Origin: Takakia lepidozioides
Lineage: Eukaryota > Plantae > Bryophyta
Length of the DNA: 64,000 bases
Direction: 5' to 3'
NCBI GenBank assembly: GCA_030704615.1
Contig: CM060734.1
Location: 7,068,001 to 7,132,000, forward strand
Under the pieces are notes generated by a model. The model was not told the DNA's origin and ran no database searches. It saw only the letters and a list, made by a program, of their open reading frames with translations. Below are positions 37,051 to 49,700 of the stretch, piece by piece (the first letter of the stretch is position 1; each line of letters starts with the position of its first letter). The translations under genes and the position numbers were made by a program.

Positions 37051-37769
37051 AGGAGGTTTACTATTTCATGAGCAAAAACCATGAGCCATGAGCCATGAGC
37101 CGCATTGAGAGAAAGACTAATGGAAGAGCTGATCATGTCTTGTGTGACCAAGGTTTGATTCCAAGGCTGGATTCACTGGATACATGGCTGAATGTGTTTG
37201 CATTGCATGTAGATAGGCTGCTGGTTGGAAGAAAATGAGCCAGGGAATTTTACAGCAGGAAGGAGAGAGAAAAGATTTGGGAAGGGAGAGAGCTGCTCAG
37301 TAAAAGGGGTAATGAGGGATGGTCAACTGGGAGATAGAGGAAAAACCATGACATCTGCAGAGAATCACTAGGCCTATAATTCATGGCAGATCTGAGTTGT
37401 CTTTCTCTTATCAGTGATCTCATTACAAAAGGGGTTTCAACGTGTGTTGCTCAAGGGTGATGCCCACATGGGTCGCATTTAGCTCCGTCATAGGGCTGGT
37501 TGTATCACTGAAAACATCATAGCAGCACCATTGGTGCTGCAATTGTATAAAGATTGTGTAAATCATGAACAAGAAGGATTCAATCCCCATCCATTCTCTT
37601 CCGCTGCGGCATGGATGAGGATTTATGAACTCTGATCATGAACGATAGGAGGGAAACCCATAACCGCGTGCCGCTGGTAGATTGCTAGGTTGTTCATTTT
37701 ACTGGAAGAAGTACAGTTAGAATTACACAGAAGGGGATTTATGCCCCCTTCTTTTCACACTACACTCAA

Positions 37770-40700
37770 ACCGGGCACAATTTATTTGGAAGAAGAAAGC
37801 AAGGATGTTCCTGGATAGGTTGACGAGACCATTGTCGTGCTAGGTAATGATGGAGGTTGCGGAATCGAATGGCATGTACCCCCATCAGACACCATCTTGT
37901 ACCGAGCTGTGGGAATGCCCATTCCCTTTCCGAATCAGTCGCTTCCAACACCATCAACAAAGGAGTCGGGAAACCGACAGGTGGCCACTGCCAACAGAGA
38001 GGTTGCAACGATAATCATTCCCGACCTGGACCGTCAAGACCCTCCATAGCTTCTCATGTGGAGGTATTCAACATTTTCAACGAGGAAGATGAGTGCATGG
38101 AGGTCCCCATGTCCTCCACACGGTCGTTCAAATCCGATATGGACGTCTCTGCAGGTGCTACGCATGTACCCTCGAGCATAACTCCAACCCGGTCCATTGT
38201 GCAGCTCCTATGGCAACATCACCTCGATGGTTCTCGCTCCGAGCTGGCTGCTCTCAACTATGCCAAATTTCCAGTCAGGAAGGTAACGTATCTGCCTCCC
38301 GAAGTCGATGGCAATGTCATCTTCGAGTTTCCAATGTCATCTTCGAGTTTCCTCCTGTTACTTCGTCAAACAAAGCCTCAGGGATGTTAACAGACATGGA
38401 TCGAAAGCATGACGGACACCCCTAGTGTGTGACGAAGACCAGTAGCACAAAAATTGCTGATGGTGTTCATGTACGATACGTCCTCTGTGCCGGGAAGCTG
38501 AGGTGCCTCAATCCCGCCTGCTTCCACTTTCTCTCCAAAGGAGGGCGGAGAAACGAGACGGATTGGACTGGCACAACCCATCATCCATTCATTGTCTCCA
38601 GCCAAGCTCCGGCGGGTACTTTCAAGTGCGCACATTGCAAAGAACCACCGACGTTCATGTCCATGTGCAGAGCCAAGCAATATTACGTAATCCATTTGCT
38701 CCCAGACTTGACTAGAGCTTGCATACACGTTGGGGTCCACTGCCACCCTTGGCGAGAGGCAACATCCGGGAGGCTGTGCAAGAAGCACACGACATCATAA
38801 AAGAGGAGGTGAAATTGAGCCCCGGAGCCAGACCAAAGCATATTCAGCTCAAGGCAGCCCACAAGATTGCTCTTGGCAAAATCATGTCTAAAGATGGTTC
38901 AGACCGAGTGCCCTTGAACGAAGGGGAGATTCTTGACTTGTTGGAGTCCGTCTCGCACGTTTGTAGTCCGAATGTGCGGAATCACATCGTATCTTGAAGC
39001 AGGAGTTCGGCCGGGGGTCGGACATGCACTCAATCCTGGAGGTGAAACGAAGGATTGGATATGACTACATCCAAGGTAGCAGGTTTCCAAGGCAAGGGAA
39101 CGAATCCGATCGTTGTTACATTTTTAAAATGTCAACGTGTGGGCCTGGAGGTGGAGTCGACTTGGTCACCTGCATGACAACTGGAAACTTGTCGAATGCT
39201 TGGGTGATGTTTGACCACATCAAGCGAATTACAAACCATCGGTGGGTGACTATGGGTGCGCATGTTTATGACTATCACTCCAAGAGGCTCATGACGATTG
39301 CAATCTGCGAGATGAAAGGGGAGGACACATAGTCGGAGATGCATCTGTGGGAGGGCATAAACGAGCAGATGGCAAGGGCGGGTTTGCCAGAGCCCAATTT
39401 CAGGGGATTAATGGCAGACAACGCTCAAGCCAACTGGGCAGCGGTGCGGCATGTGTACGGTGAGGACCCCAATGTTCCAATGGAGGGGAAAGAGAGATCC
39501 CGTGGATTCCATTGGATGCAGAGTCTATCTCACTATACTACCAAATTTGTTGCTAGCTCATTCCAAGCTGAACACCGTGTCCTTTGTACGGCGTGGAAGG
39601 ATGCACCCACATTTGATGACGCGGAGGTTAAGTTTGCTATCATCGAGGCTTGGTGGAACACATAAGGTGCAGTGGAGACAACCAATCTGGGAGCCTTGCA
39701 CAGCTAGTTGGGGTGGTGGCATTTCCGGTATCGACAGTTCGGACAGTACATGCGGAAGGTATGATGCCAGACTTTTCGTGCAATTGTCGTTCTATTACGG
39801 ACCTTTCCATTTTTCCCTCACCATTGTTTCTGCCCTTGTAGGAGCGGTGCTTGGATTCCGACACGAACATGCCGAACACGAATATGGCAGAATCAGTCCA
39901 CTCCTCCTAGGGAGCGTCTTCTGCCGCATATCTGGTGGACGTAGTGACGGCCACAACGGAGGACATTAACAGAGCAATCATGCAACAAGCCACGTACTAC
40001 AAGTTCCTGAGCGGGAAACAATGGGGCTTTGGGCCGGACAGGGAGGAATTGTTGGTATGAACAGCTTCGAGGTTGAAGAATCCACTGAAATGGGCGACAA
40101 CATTGCGAGAGAAGATCAAAGGGACGTCTCTGCACCGCAGAGGTGAACACCTAGAGGGGGACGTCCGTACTCGCCTTGTGAGGCGGAGGATTGAAGAGGA
40201 ACCCGGGTCCGAAGAGGATTCCTGGAGATCCGACAGGAACATTCGAACAGCACCTCGAGGTCCCGTCATGTTGCCGCACAATGTGTCTTCCAGCAGAAAG
40301 CCGACATTTCGAGGCAGGTGTTCCACAATTCGAGTGGATACACGGCAACGTTGTTTAGAGATGATAAGGAGGAATCCAGATGGGGCTGTCCCTGCTCCTA
40401 CTTTTACATAAAGATTTGTCCATGCAAAGTTTGCGGAGGCGACAACCACCCAGTTCTGGTTCTGCAGGCACGACATTATGACTTGTGTGTATGGAAAGCC
40501 CAAGTACGGCATACAAACAATGCCAGAGGCTCCCCCGGTGTGGCCGGTGGAACCAGGCTGCGATCTGGGTCAGGTTGAGGCCGACGCCCTTACTGCCGCA
40601 TGATTTCGGATGGTGCAGCACACTGATGTCCCCAGACAACCATTTTCGCTTCCACAGCCTCCACCACCGACCCCTGTGAGAGCAAGAACAATGGGATGCG

Positions 40701-41111
40701 ACAACTCTAAGCAATCCTACACACCGTTGGGGGAAACCGAAGAGGCGGCGACCTCCCTCAAAAGTGAACGAGACAAGGATGGGGAATGCACTTCGGATGA
40801 ACTGTACAATCCAGAGCTCGACAGAAGTGCCCCCACCAGGCTTCGAGCGTGTATATCAGATGGCCACGGCAGGCTCAGCTATTCGCAATAAGGTGTACAC
40901 CATCACCATTTCAGAATTACCCACCTGCAATTGCACCGACTTCCAGATCATGGCGAAGAAGGGGGCATTATACTGCCCTTGCAAGCATCTGTACTACGTG
41001 TACCTAAAGAGACTCCGGTGTAATTCCACAACTCATCATTTCATACATGCACCAGGGTTGAGCCCCCAAGAGGTGTACAGTCTTCTAAATATGGATCCAG
41101 GGGACCAGTGA
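37770..41111 (+). pseudogene. GCM-like/MULE/SWIM transposase, second diverged copy
   Basis: MDRKHDGHP, RACIHVGVHCHP, MFDHIKR, MADNAQAN, GFHW, NTNMAESVH and SWIM CNCTDF...CKHLY. Intron at about 39759-39841, same position as in copy 1. Confidence 0.8.
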
Positions 41112-43769
41112 GCTTGGCTTGCGGGCCAAAACACAATGTTACGCCCATCCTTTTTGGAATTTCAGTTATAGTAGAACTGTACTGCTACAAGTACCTCTGA
41201 CTTTGGCCACAGAAAGGTTCGACTTATGTCTCTCCTACCAGTAACTTATTTTGCTCGAACTAAGATAATACTATGTCATTCACTTATGTTTCCACGTGCT
41301 TGTCTTTTTTTTTGTTGGAGGGTTCCTGTTTTTCTGCTCTCCCAAACTTTGCTTTCCTCATTCCATCCCCGGCAAGGAAATGCGGTGCTGCATTTCCAAG
41401 TAAAGTCGTAGGTACTGGTAGTTGCGGCCTTCGTCATAGCAAGATAGTCGCACCCAGTCTTCAGGGAGCCGACCGTCGCCAACAGCGAACCCCCCAAAAA
41501 ATTCGCACGTGCGAACCGTAATGTAGCATCGCATTTCCCAGTTGACTCGCAAACCTTTCCCGCCGAATACCCGAAGAGGACAAAATTGTGAAGTACTGCA
41601 GATTCTATTGGTGCAGACTCTATTGGTTCAATCACGGCAGAAGGGTCAGCTTCAATCCGGTGTTAAGGCATGTAAAACCGCGGAATACTCTATATAGGCC
41701 AGTATGCGACGTCATTTTGCCGTGGTATACTGGATTTCTCGTTGCACGGTCACTCATTTCCATGAGCGGATCTAAAAAACCATGAGTGGAGTTGTTACTG
41801 ACGACATATCTTCGCCGCATTACAGGATCTGGAACTTCCAAAAACGGCAAGGTCAAATTAAAAAACTATTATTTCAATACTTTTTTAATCTGCCGCATTT
41901 CCAAATTTGGAGGAGTCCGCTCATGAACATTCTGTCACTGTGGGTGAACTACATCTGCCCTCAATCAGCACTCCTACAGACATGTGCATCAAATCCATTC
42001 ATCTCCACCCCATCCTGGTTTGAAGTCCAGAGTCTCCATTCCATTTTCAAAGTTTTTTTCCTGTCCTCATCACGCTCTCAGTTTGAGAGTCTCTACCAAA
42101 ATTTCACAACAACGATTCCTAAGTGCCAAAAAGAAGAAGCCTCGTGTCTACGAACTTATCTGTCTTATACTCCAGGTGAAGCGGTGGGTCTACCTACCCA
42201 AAATGGCACCTCACCATCTCCGTCAGCAGCTACCTTAACTCATCTTCTCGTCTGGATTTGACAATTCCAGCGTTCATTAAGTCATGACGGCCCTGCTTCA
42301 GCCTATGGCAACACCCCTGTAGCTTGCCAACTAACTACCCTACCTCACTATCTAAGAAAACCTACCCTAAGATCTGATATGATCTTATAGCAAGAAGACA
42401 GTGATTATTTGAAAGCTTCCTGCATTTGTACATTCAACTCTTTACCTCCTTACTTACAGATAACCTGAGTCACCATCCACAAGCCAATCCTTCATTCGCT
42501 CTGGCAGATGCTCGTTATGTCGAGCTGCTCCTCATCCTAACTCACCATTGATTGTGCCAGCAACCCCACCTCCTTGTTCTCTGGCAGCTGGCCGTTTCCC
42601 TTGCAAGCTCATCTTCCCATGATTATGTTCATCAAGGCAACGGCGGCTCTGGTGGTTGCACAAGATCAGTGACATCACCGCCTCCCTTCACCTGGCTTGA
42701 GCACAACTCTTCCAAGCTATTCCCTGTACAATCATCCTCCAGCAAGCCCTAAGCTACCCAATCTCCCTGCAAGTATCTCCTCCAGAATTTGATTATTACC
42801 ACGATGATGGCGGCACCATTGACTCACAGCAGAATCTCATCTTTGTGTTTCTTCCTACTCTCCCTGCTCATTCCATTTCCCGCAGCAGAATCCTCCAAGT
42901 GTTTTTCTTCCCGCACTCCCTGTTACACGCACTCTTGCTCGTTCTTCTGCTCATGGCACCCCATAGGGCATTCCCTGCCATCGCGCATAGATGAAGTTCA
43001 TTCATCACTCGGATGAGAAGCACACCTGGCCATTCGTTCATACTCATGGATGATAAAGCATGGATGGATGAAAAATCGTAGGTACTTAGGCTATATCTTG
43101 GCCAAGCGTTTCCCAATGTTCCCATGTTGTTCCTAATAACCTCACAATGATAGCTCAAATTCCTTCCTGCTGGTATTAGATCCCCAGTCCTGTAGAAATG
43201 CAGAAGCTAAACAAAAAAACAACAAAAATTTCAATGTCACTCCCCTGCATTCACACTACATGAGCTTGAATTTGGAACAAAGGTAAGTTTCAGTCACTCT
43301 GCAAAGTCCTCCCTCGTTTGGGATCCAGGCTCTCCCAAGTTGCGGAGGAAAGCAAACTATAGCATAAGAATTCGGAGCCATCGAACTCCGCACGAAGTTG
43401 GCAAGTGTGAGGTTCATTATAGCGACAGACCAAGGCTCACAGGCACCACGTAATTGGATCTGCAGAGGCCATCGACTATTGGAAGTCGCACATTGAAGTG
43501 GAAAATAATGTTTCAAGCTACATGCATGAAGGTGGGAGGTGTGATTCCATATCCAGTAAGTATGACAATGATGGCCGATTTGGCGACGAAATAACATCTC
43601 ATGACAGTTTCTCCTGAGGGTGGATCCACCAGTATTCTCGGTGCAGACATGAACGTTCGCACTGACAAGTGCCAGGACTGTTAGTTAAAATGGTTAGACA
43701 ACCAAGTTGTGCTCATTAAAACAGGCCGCAATTGTGTTGTTTCGGAACAATGCAACCCATTGCACATGG

Positions 43770-45050
43770 CTGAACGGGAATGTGGTCCCGCATTCCAGTT
43801 CGACATCATCCTCTCGGTGATTATGATCAGAAATGCGGCACCGCATTTTCATCAACGGGGAAATCTAACTACTGGTGCAACGGAAATGTGGTACCACATT
43901 TCAGTCCACTGTACAAGCAGGCACATGGTGGAACGGAAATGCGGTATCACATTTCGGTCAAGTGGGACTAGGAAGACATGGTAGAAAAGAATAGCGACAA
44001 CGCATTTTCATCAACTGGGACACTTTGGATAGGCAGGAACGGAAATGCGGTGCCGCATTTCCGTCCGGGCTCTTACAATGGAATCCAGAGGATGGAAATG
44101 AGGTTCCGCATTTCTGTCCGGTGTGCTACTTTCGATTGCTGTTGGACGAAAATGCGGCACTGCATTTCCGTCCGAGGTAAACCTTTCTATTTTCAAGAAC
44201 GGGAATGCGGCTACTCAATTCCGTCCAACATGCAACGCCTGTAACAGTGGAACAAAAATGCGGCACCGCATTTTCGTCCAAGGGAATCCTTTTTATTTTC
44301 CAGAATGGAAATGCGGCACCGCATTTCCGTCCAACATGTCAGGTATGTACGACTCGAACGGAAATGCGGCGCCGCATTTCCGTTCAGATTCTAAATCATA
44401 AAACAATGCAACTGAAATGCGGCACTGCATTTCCGTCCGACTCGTACCTTCCGACATTCCAGAACGGAAATGCGGCGCCGCATTTCCGTTTTGCATCTCA
44501 GACATGCAGCAGTGCGACGGAAATGCGGGCCACATTTCCGTCTGAGGGATATCTTTATACTCTCCAGAACAGAAATGCGGTGCCACATTTCCGTCCAAGA
44601 AGTAAGGTATGTAACAGTGGAACGGAAACGCGGTCTCACATTTCCGTTGTGATTGAAAATCATGAACCACTGCAACTGAAATGCGGCACCGCATTTCCGT
44701 CCGGGGGAAACCTTTATACTCTCCAGAACGGAAATGCGGTGCCGCATTTCCGTCCAACAAGTAAGGTATGTGACAGTGGAACGGAAATGCGGTACCGCAT
44801 TTTTGTTGTGATTGAAAATCATGAAACACTGCAACTGAAATGCGGCACCGCATTTTCGTCCGAGTTGTACCTTCGGACTTTCCAGAACGGAAATGCGGCG
44901 CCGCATTTTCGTTTTGTATCTCAGGCATACAGCAGTGGGACGGAAATGCGGCGCCGCATTTCCGTTTTCACTCTAACTCATCAGACGCTGGGACGGAAAT
45001 GCCATGATATGTGAACACGTGGACCAACGGAATTGCGGCACTGCATTTTG
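43770..45050. repeat. Array of more than 20 palindromes ACGGAAATGCGGCGCCGCATTTCCGT with about 30-bp spacers
   Basis: Roughly 55-bp periodicity. Spacers recur with a period of about three. Isolated copies at about 41376 and 41518. Confidence 0.9.
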
Positions 45051-45318
45051 ATGTCTGCACTCATGCTGGCTGTGGCAGGAGGCGGCGCGGCCTGACCGTT
45101 GGTTAATGATGTTTGTTTTGCGGACGGCAGGCGTACCTTTGACGATTCGAATTTTGTAATGACGCATAGTCCACGAGGAGACACTTCCATCCCAACCTTT
45201 TGAACCCAAGTGGTGCATCATCGCCGTTTCATCTTCTTTTGTCGTGTCTACTCATTCACCCCTCTCGCGCCCTTTCCATCTGCACTCTTCGCCCCTTTTC
45301 CGCGTCTGTGTTTTTCTT

Positions 45319-46497
45319 ATGCTCCAACCTGAGAGGGAGGAAGTTCCTGCACTAGAGAAGAGACATCGTCGCAAGCTCCGCAAGTTGTACTTTGGGCGAA
45401 GGCCAATGCCGAAAGGGAGGAAGCAGATGCGTCTTCAGGAGGAGATGGTCATCTCGCAGCAATAGGCAACGCAGGCAACCCAGCCACTAGTGAGAGCTCC
45501 GTGCTATCGGGATGCGCGCAGCTGATCGAGCACCAAAACCCTCCCTCATTTTCGTTGTGCAATTCCTAGATTGTATGATAGAACACTTGAATGCAGAAGA
45601 TGTTTGCATGCCTAACTCAAAAGGTGGAGGTGGTGGAGGGATCGCAGGAATCCAAAGAGCCGCAGGAAGAATCCGTGGAGGTAGCTGCAACACGCACACC
45701 CAGCCAATCCACGAGCACTGGTCTTCCTGTCGGGCCTAGCCCTGTGCGTTTCAAGGATGCGGTTTGGAAAGACAAGTCTTTGTAGTTCAAAGCCCCAGAG
45801 AAAAACTCGCGTTTGAAGGTCATGGAGAATCGCCAGCAGGGGTCGGGCCCTTCTCTAGCAAAGACGAAGAAGAAGCAGCCCATCCTTGAACTGGTATCTG
45901 AACCGGACTAGGCCGTTCCCTTCCCCCCCCCCCCCCCCCCAAGAGAATGAAGTAGAAGGGTGTAGTGCAGATTCAAATGCAGCAGACACCTTCACTTGCA
46001 AGAATGAAGAAGCAGAAGACAAACAAGGGGAGGTTGGAGCAGTCTCCCGCAAAACCGATTCCACGAGCTAAAGCCCAATTCCAGCTTGATTTCCAGCCAG
46101 GTGATGTTGGGGGCGTCTCTGCTGCAGCGGAGGCAACGGGATCGACCAATTTCGTGGATCTATCAGCGGTGCTGTTGCTCAACGTTCGCAGCAGTACTTC
46201 ACCACCGTTGAGGACGAACTTCAGAATACTGCAGGCCCGGAGGAGGCCTCTGCAATTCGAGAATTGCCCACAAAGATTCCCCAGACTTTAGCTGTAGTGG
46301 GGATACTCTTGCTGCTCAGCCCCTACCGCCACCTGCAGAAATGTCTCCGGAGGAATTCCAAAGTGCAGCGGATACAATGTTGGAGGAGACACACAGTAGC
46401 ATTGGCAGAGTTCTGGGCAGCAGGGTATTCCAGCGGACTCTTCAAATTCCACTGTGTCGCATGGTTTCTCTTCCCGTCGTCAGGCAGGCTCTTCCAG
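45319..46497 (+). pseudogene. ParB-MTase-family gene copy, truncated at the start of the ParB domain
   Basis: Starts MLQPERE...RRKLRKLYFGRRP; later HSSIGRVLGSRVFQRTLQIPLCRMVSLPVVRQALPD. Confidence 0.7.
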
Positions 46498-46745
46498 ATG
46501 TTTATACTCATATGCATGAAGAGCTTGTACTGGTAAAGAATTGGATTCCAAAGGATATTCTGTGGATCAAACTCACACCAAGAACAACTTTCCAAACTTG
46601 TTTGCCATATGGTTATATGGTAACGGAGACTTCTAGTATAGCCAAGGGTGCATTGAAGCTTGAAAGAAACCCAGGCATATACGAGAGATATTACAGAAGA
46701 GAGTTTTGGTTATTGCCACATTAAAAGAAATGAAAAACATGGGAC

Positions 46746-49700
46746 ATGAGTAATGAAAGAGAAGCTAGACTCCAGAGATATTCAGCAAAAAGAGAAAGTT
46801 ATCTGAAAGCTAATTATCCATATCTTTGGGAGAGAGGAATAGACATAGGGGAATCATCTGGACCTCTCACACCATTAAGATCAGAGAGTACATCACCCAT
46901 ACCGGAAGAACTAGAGTTGGATGCCACTCCTTCTTTTTCTTTGCAAGAAAGATTAAGGGAATTGGTACGGGAAGAAGATCAATCACGAGGTGAAAGATCT
47001 GAGGTACATCCCTGGATAAATGATTTGACAGAAATCTTTGATAAGAGTTGGCATGGAACACCAAAAGCAGGAACTCCAGTTTTTGAAACGGAAGGTGAAG
47101 AAGGAGGAGAGAATGTGGCAGAGCCAACGGAGAGTTCAGACTCTCCAACACCATTGCAGTTGAGTTACATGAGTGAAGAAGAAACCCAAGGGCAGAACTT
47201 GGAGGATGAAAACAGAGAGAAGAAATTGGAAGAAGAAGAGTATGAAGAAGTAGACCCAACAGCTGAGGTTGAGACTACAACCAGGACATCCCAACCTGTT
47301 GGACCTGGATCAAGTGGAGCACTTGGATCACAGGCCAACAAAGGTGTCGGCTCAGGGGGATCAGGCGGGCAGCCTGGATCTGGCTCTGGGGGGACAGGGA
47401 GTGTGGGAAGTAGTGCAACTGGAGTTGGGAATACTGTGAATATCGTGGGGCCAGTAGCAGGGAGTGCTCAGGGGCCACCACTTGGTGGAAGATCCACCAT
47501 GACTACAACAGGTCCTCAAGGACCAGCACTAGCAAGGGGGCCAGCATCTGTCAGTGGGCAGAGGGTAGGGCCACAGATGGCGTTACAACCAACACGGGTA
47601 AAACCACATTTTCCAATATATTCAGGAAAAGGGGATCCCGATGTACACATGAGCCAATTTGAGCACATGTGTATTGTGAACAATGAGAATGGCGAGGATG
47701 CCAAGATGAGATTGTTTCCTTGTTCACTTATCAAGAAAGCAAGTGAATGGTATGCAAGATTCTCTGATAATCATTTCCTAACCTGGAATGGCTTGAATAC
47801 AACATTCCGAAATAGGTTCAGGACAAGTAAAACTGAGGATGAAGTGTATGGAAGTTTACAACAGTTAAAGCAAAAGAAGCATGAAATTGTTGAGGAGTAT
47901 ATGGAAAAAATGGAATTGATGATGAAAAAGTTGGCTGTTGTACCAGCACCAGGTTTACAGAAGACTTGGTTTGTGAGTGGACTAAGACCAGAGTTGCAGA
48001 AGAAAGTGGATATGTTACCCCATAATACAGTGGAGGAGGCATTTGAAACAACGAACAGAATTGAGCAATTGGGAATGCTCAGGAGAGAGAAAAGGGATGA
48101 TGAGGACTCTGAGGATGAGTCGGATGAAGAAGAAGAGCAAGAGCTGTAAATGAAGAGTAAGAGAAAAGAGAAGTTGAAGAGGGATAACTATGAGAAAAGA
48201 TTAAAAGAAATCTTGAAGAAGTATGCCACAGAGGCTGTAACACATTGGAGGAAGGGTGTATGGTGTGTAAAGTGCCAGAATGAAGGCCATACCACCACTG
48301 AATGCCACATGAAGGAGAAACACTGTACTATCTGTAAGATGGATAACCATTCTACTGAGAATTATTACTACAACAGAAGGACAGCTGCAAGAGAACCTAG
48401 GCAAGTAAGGGTGCATCAAGTGCAGCCCCAGCCAAGAAGAAACAGTGATCAAGACCACTATGGTAGGCCCGGTGGTTATAACAATGGAATGGAAGGGAGA
48501 GGTAATCCAAGAGGGAATTACCAAGGAAATTCCAGGGGCAACTATCAGGGTAATCCAAGGGGGAATTACCAGCCAGGGAATCAGGATTACAAAAATAATC
48601 CTAGAGCAGACCAAGGGCGAGGACCCAATGATGAAGAACTGTGTTACTATTGTAATCAGGCAGGACATCGCAAGGCAGCCTGTTCATTCTGGATTAGACA
48701 CCAGAATGAGATGAGAGCTCATGTGAATGAGGGCCCAGTGGTGGCAGCTCACATGGTTAGGCCATGTGTTGTACCATAAGCAAGTACAATGATAGTAACG
48801 AGAAGCAAAGCCAAACTAATACCTCCAGTAGTTGAGGAAGATGATGATAATGAAGATGGCAGTGATGTGCCTGAAGATGATGAGGCTTGGAGAGATGAGA
48901 AGGAACTGCACAAGGAAGTGCAGATACCATAAGGGAAATACAGAAGAGTACTGATATTCCTATGGCAGATTCCTCTGATTCTGATGGAGAAAAAGAAGTG
49001 AGTGAGGATGCAGTCATGCAGAGTAATGAAGGGACTTTGGCTGAAGTAATATGCCATACCAAAGCGGAGATTACCATTGGACAGCTATTGGCTGTGGCAC
49101 CTTATTGTAGACACAAGCTGTATCAAGCAATCAATCGAATTGCCCATGTGACAGAGAACACAGACCTGAACAGCAAGGTAACCAGTTGTAATGTGAAGTC
49201 GGAAGGGCGAGAAACAGTCATGGACTTTGATGATTCTATGCCAGTAATCCAATTGAGAATTGGAAGCACAGAACTAACTGATGTACTGATAGATGGAGGC
49301 TCTGGAGTGAATATCATGACAGACCAATTAAGGCAGAAGCTTGGTCTAAGTAATATGAAACTAGCCCCATTTATGGTAACAATGGCAAATCAAAGAAGTG
49401 TACAGCCATTGGGATTGATAAGAGGAGTTAAGATACAGATTCAAAAGATGATCTTTATGATCACAGTAACTGTGTTGAAAATGGATGACGTCATGGAGGC
49501 TTACTCCTTATTATTGGGACGTCCGTGGTTGAAACAGGCCAGGGTATTCCATGACTGGAATTCTCAGTTACTAATTGTGCATAATGGGATGCACAAGATA
49601 CAAATTACCACTAAGAAATCTAGTAGATTACCTGCTACAAGAAGACCTCGAGGGGTCAGGGAGTATGATTGGAGGGGAGGACTGGATGAGGAGCAGGAAG

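Noticed and set aside
41120-43700. Minus-strand cargo gene between the transposase and the array
   Set aside because: Fragmentary ORFs, with no motif or consistent splice model that I could support.
44123-45014. ORFs of 171-269 aa in the palindrome array
   Set aside because: They are translations of the repeat on both strands.
43770-45050. CRISPR array
   Set aside because: Spacers recur in a higher-order pattern, repeats are degenerate, no cas genes are present, and the context is eukaryotic TE sequence.
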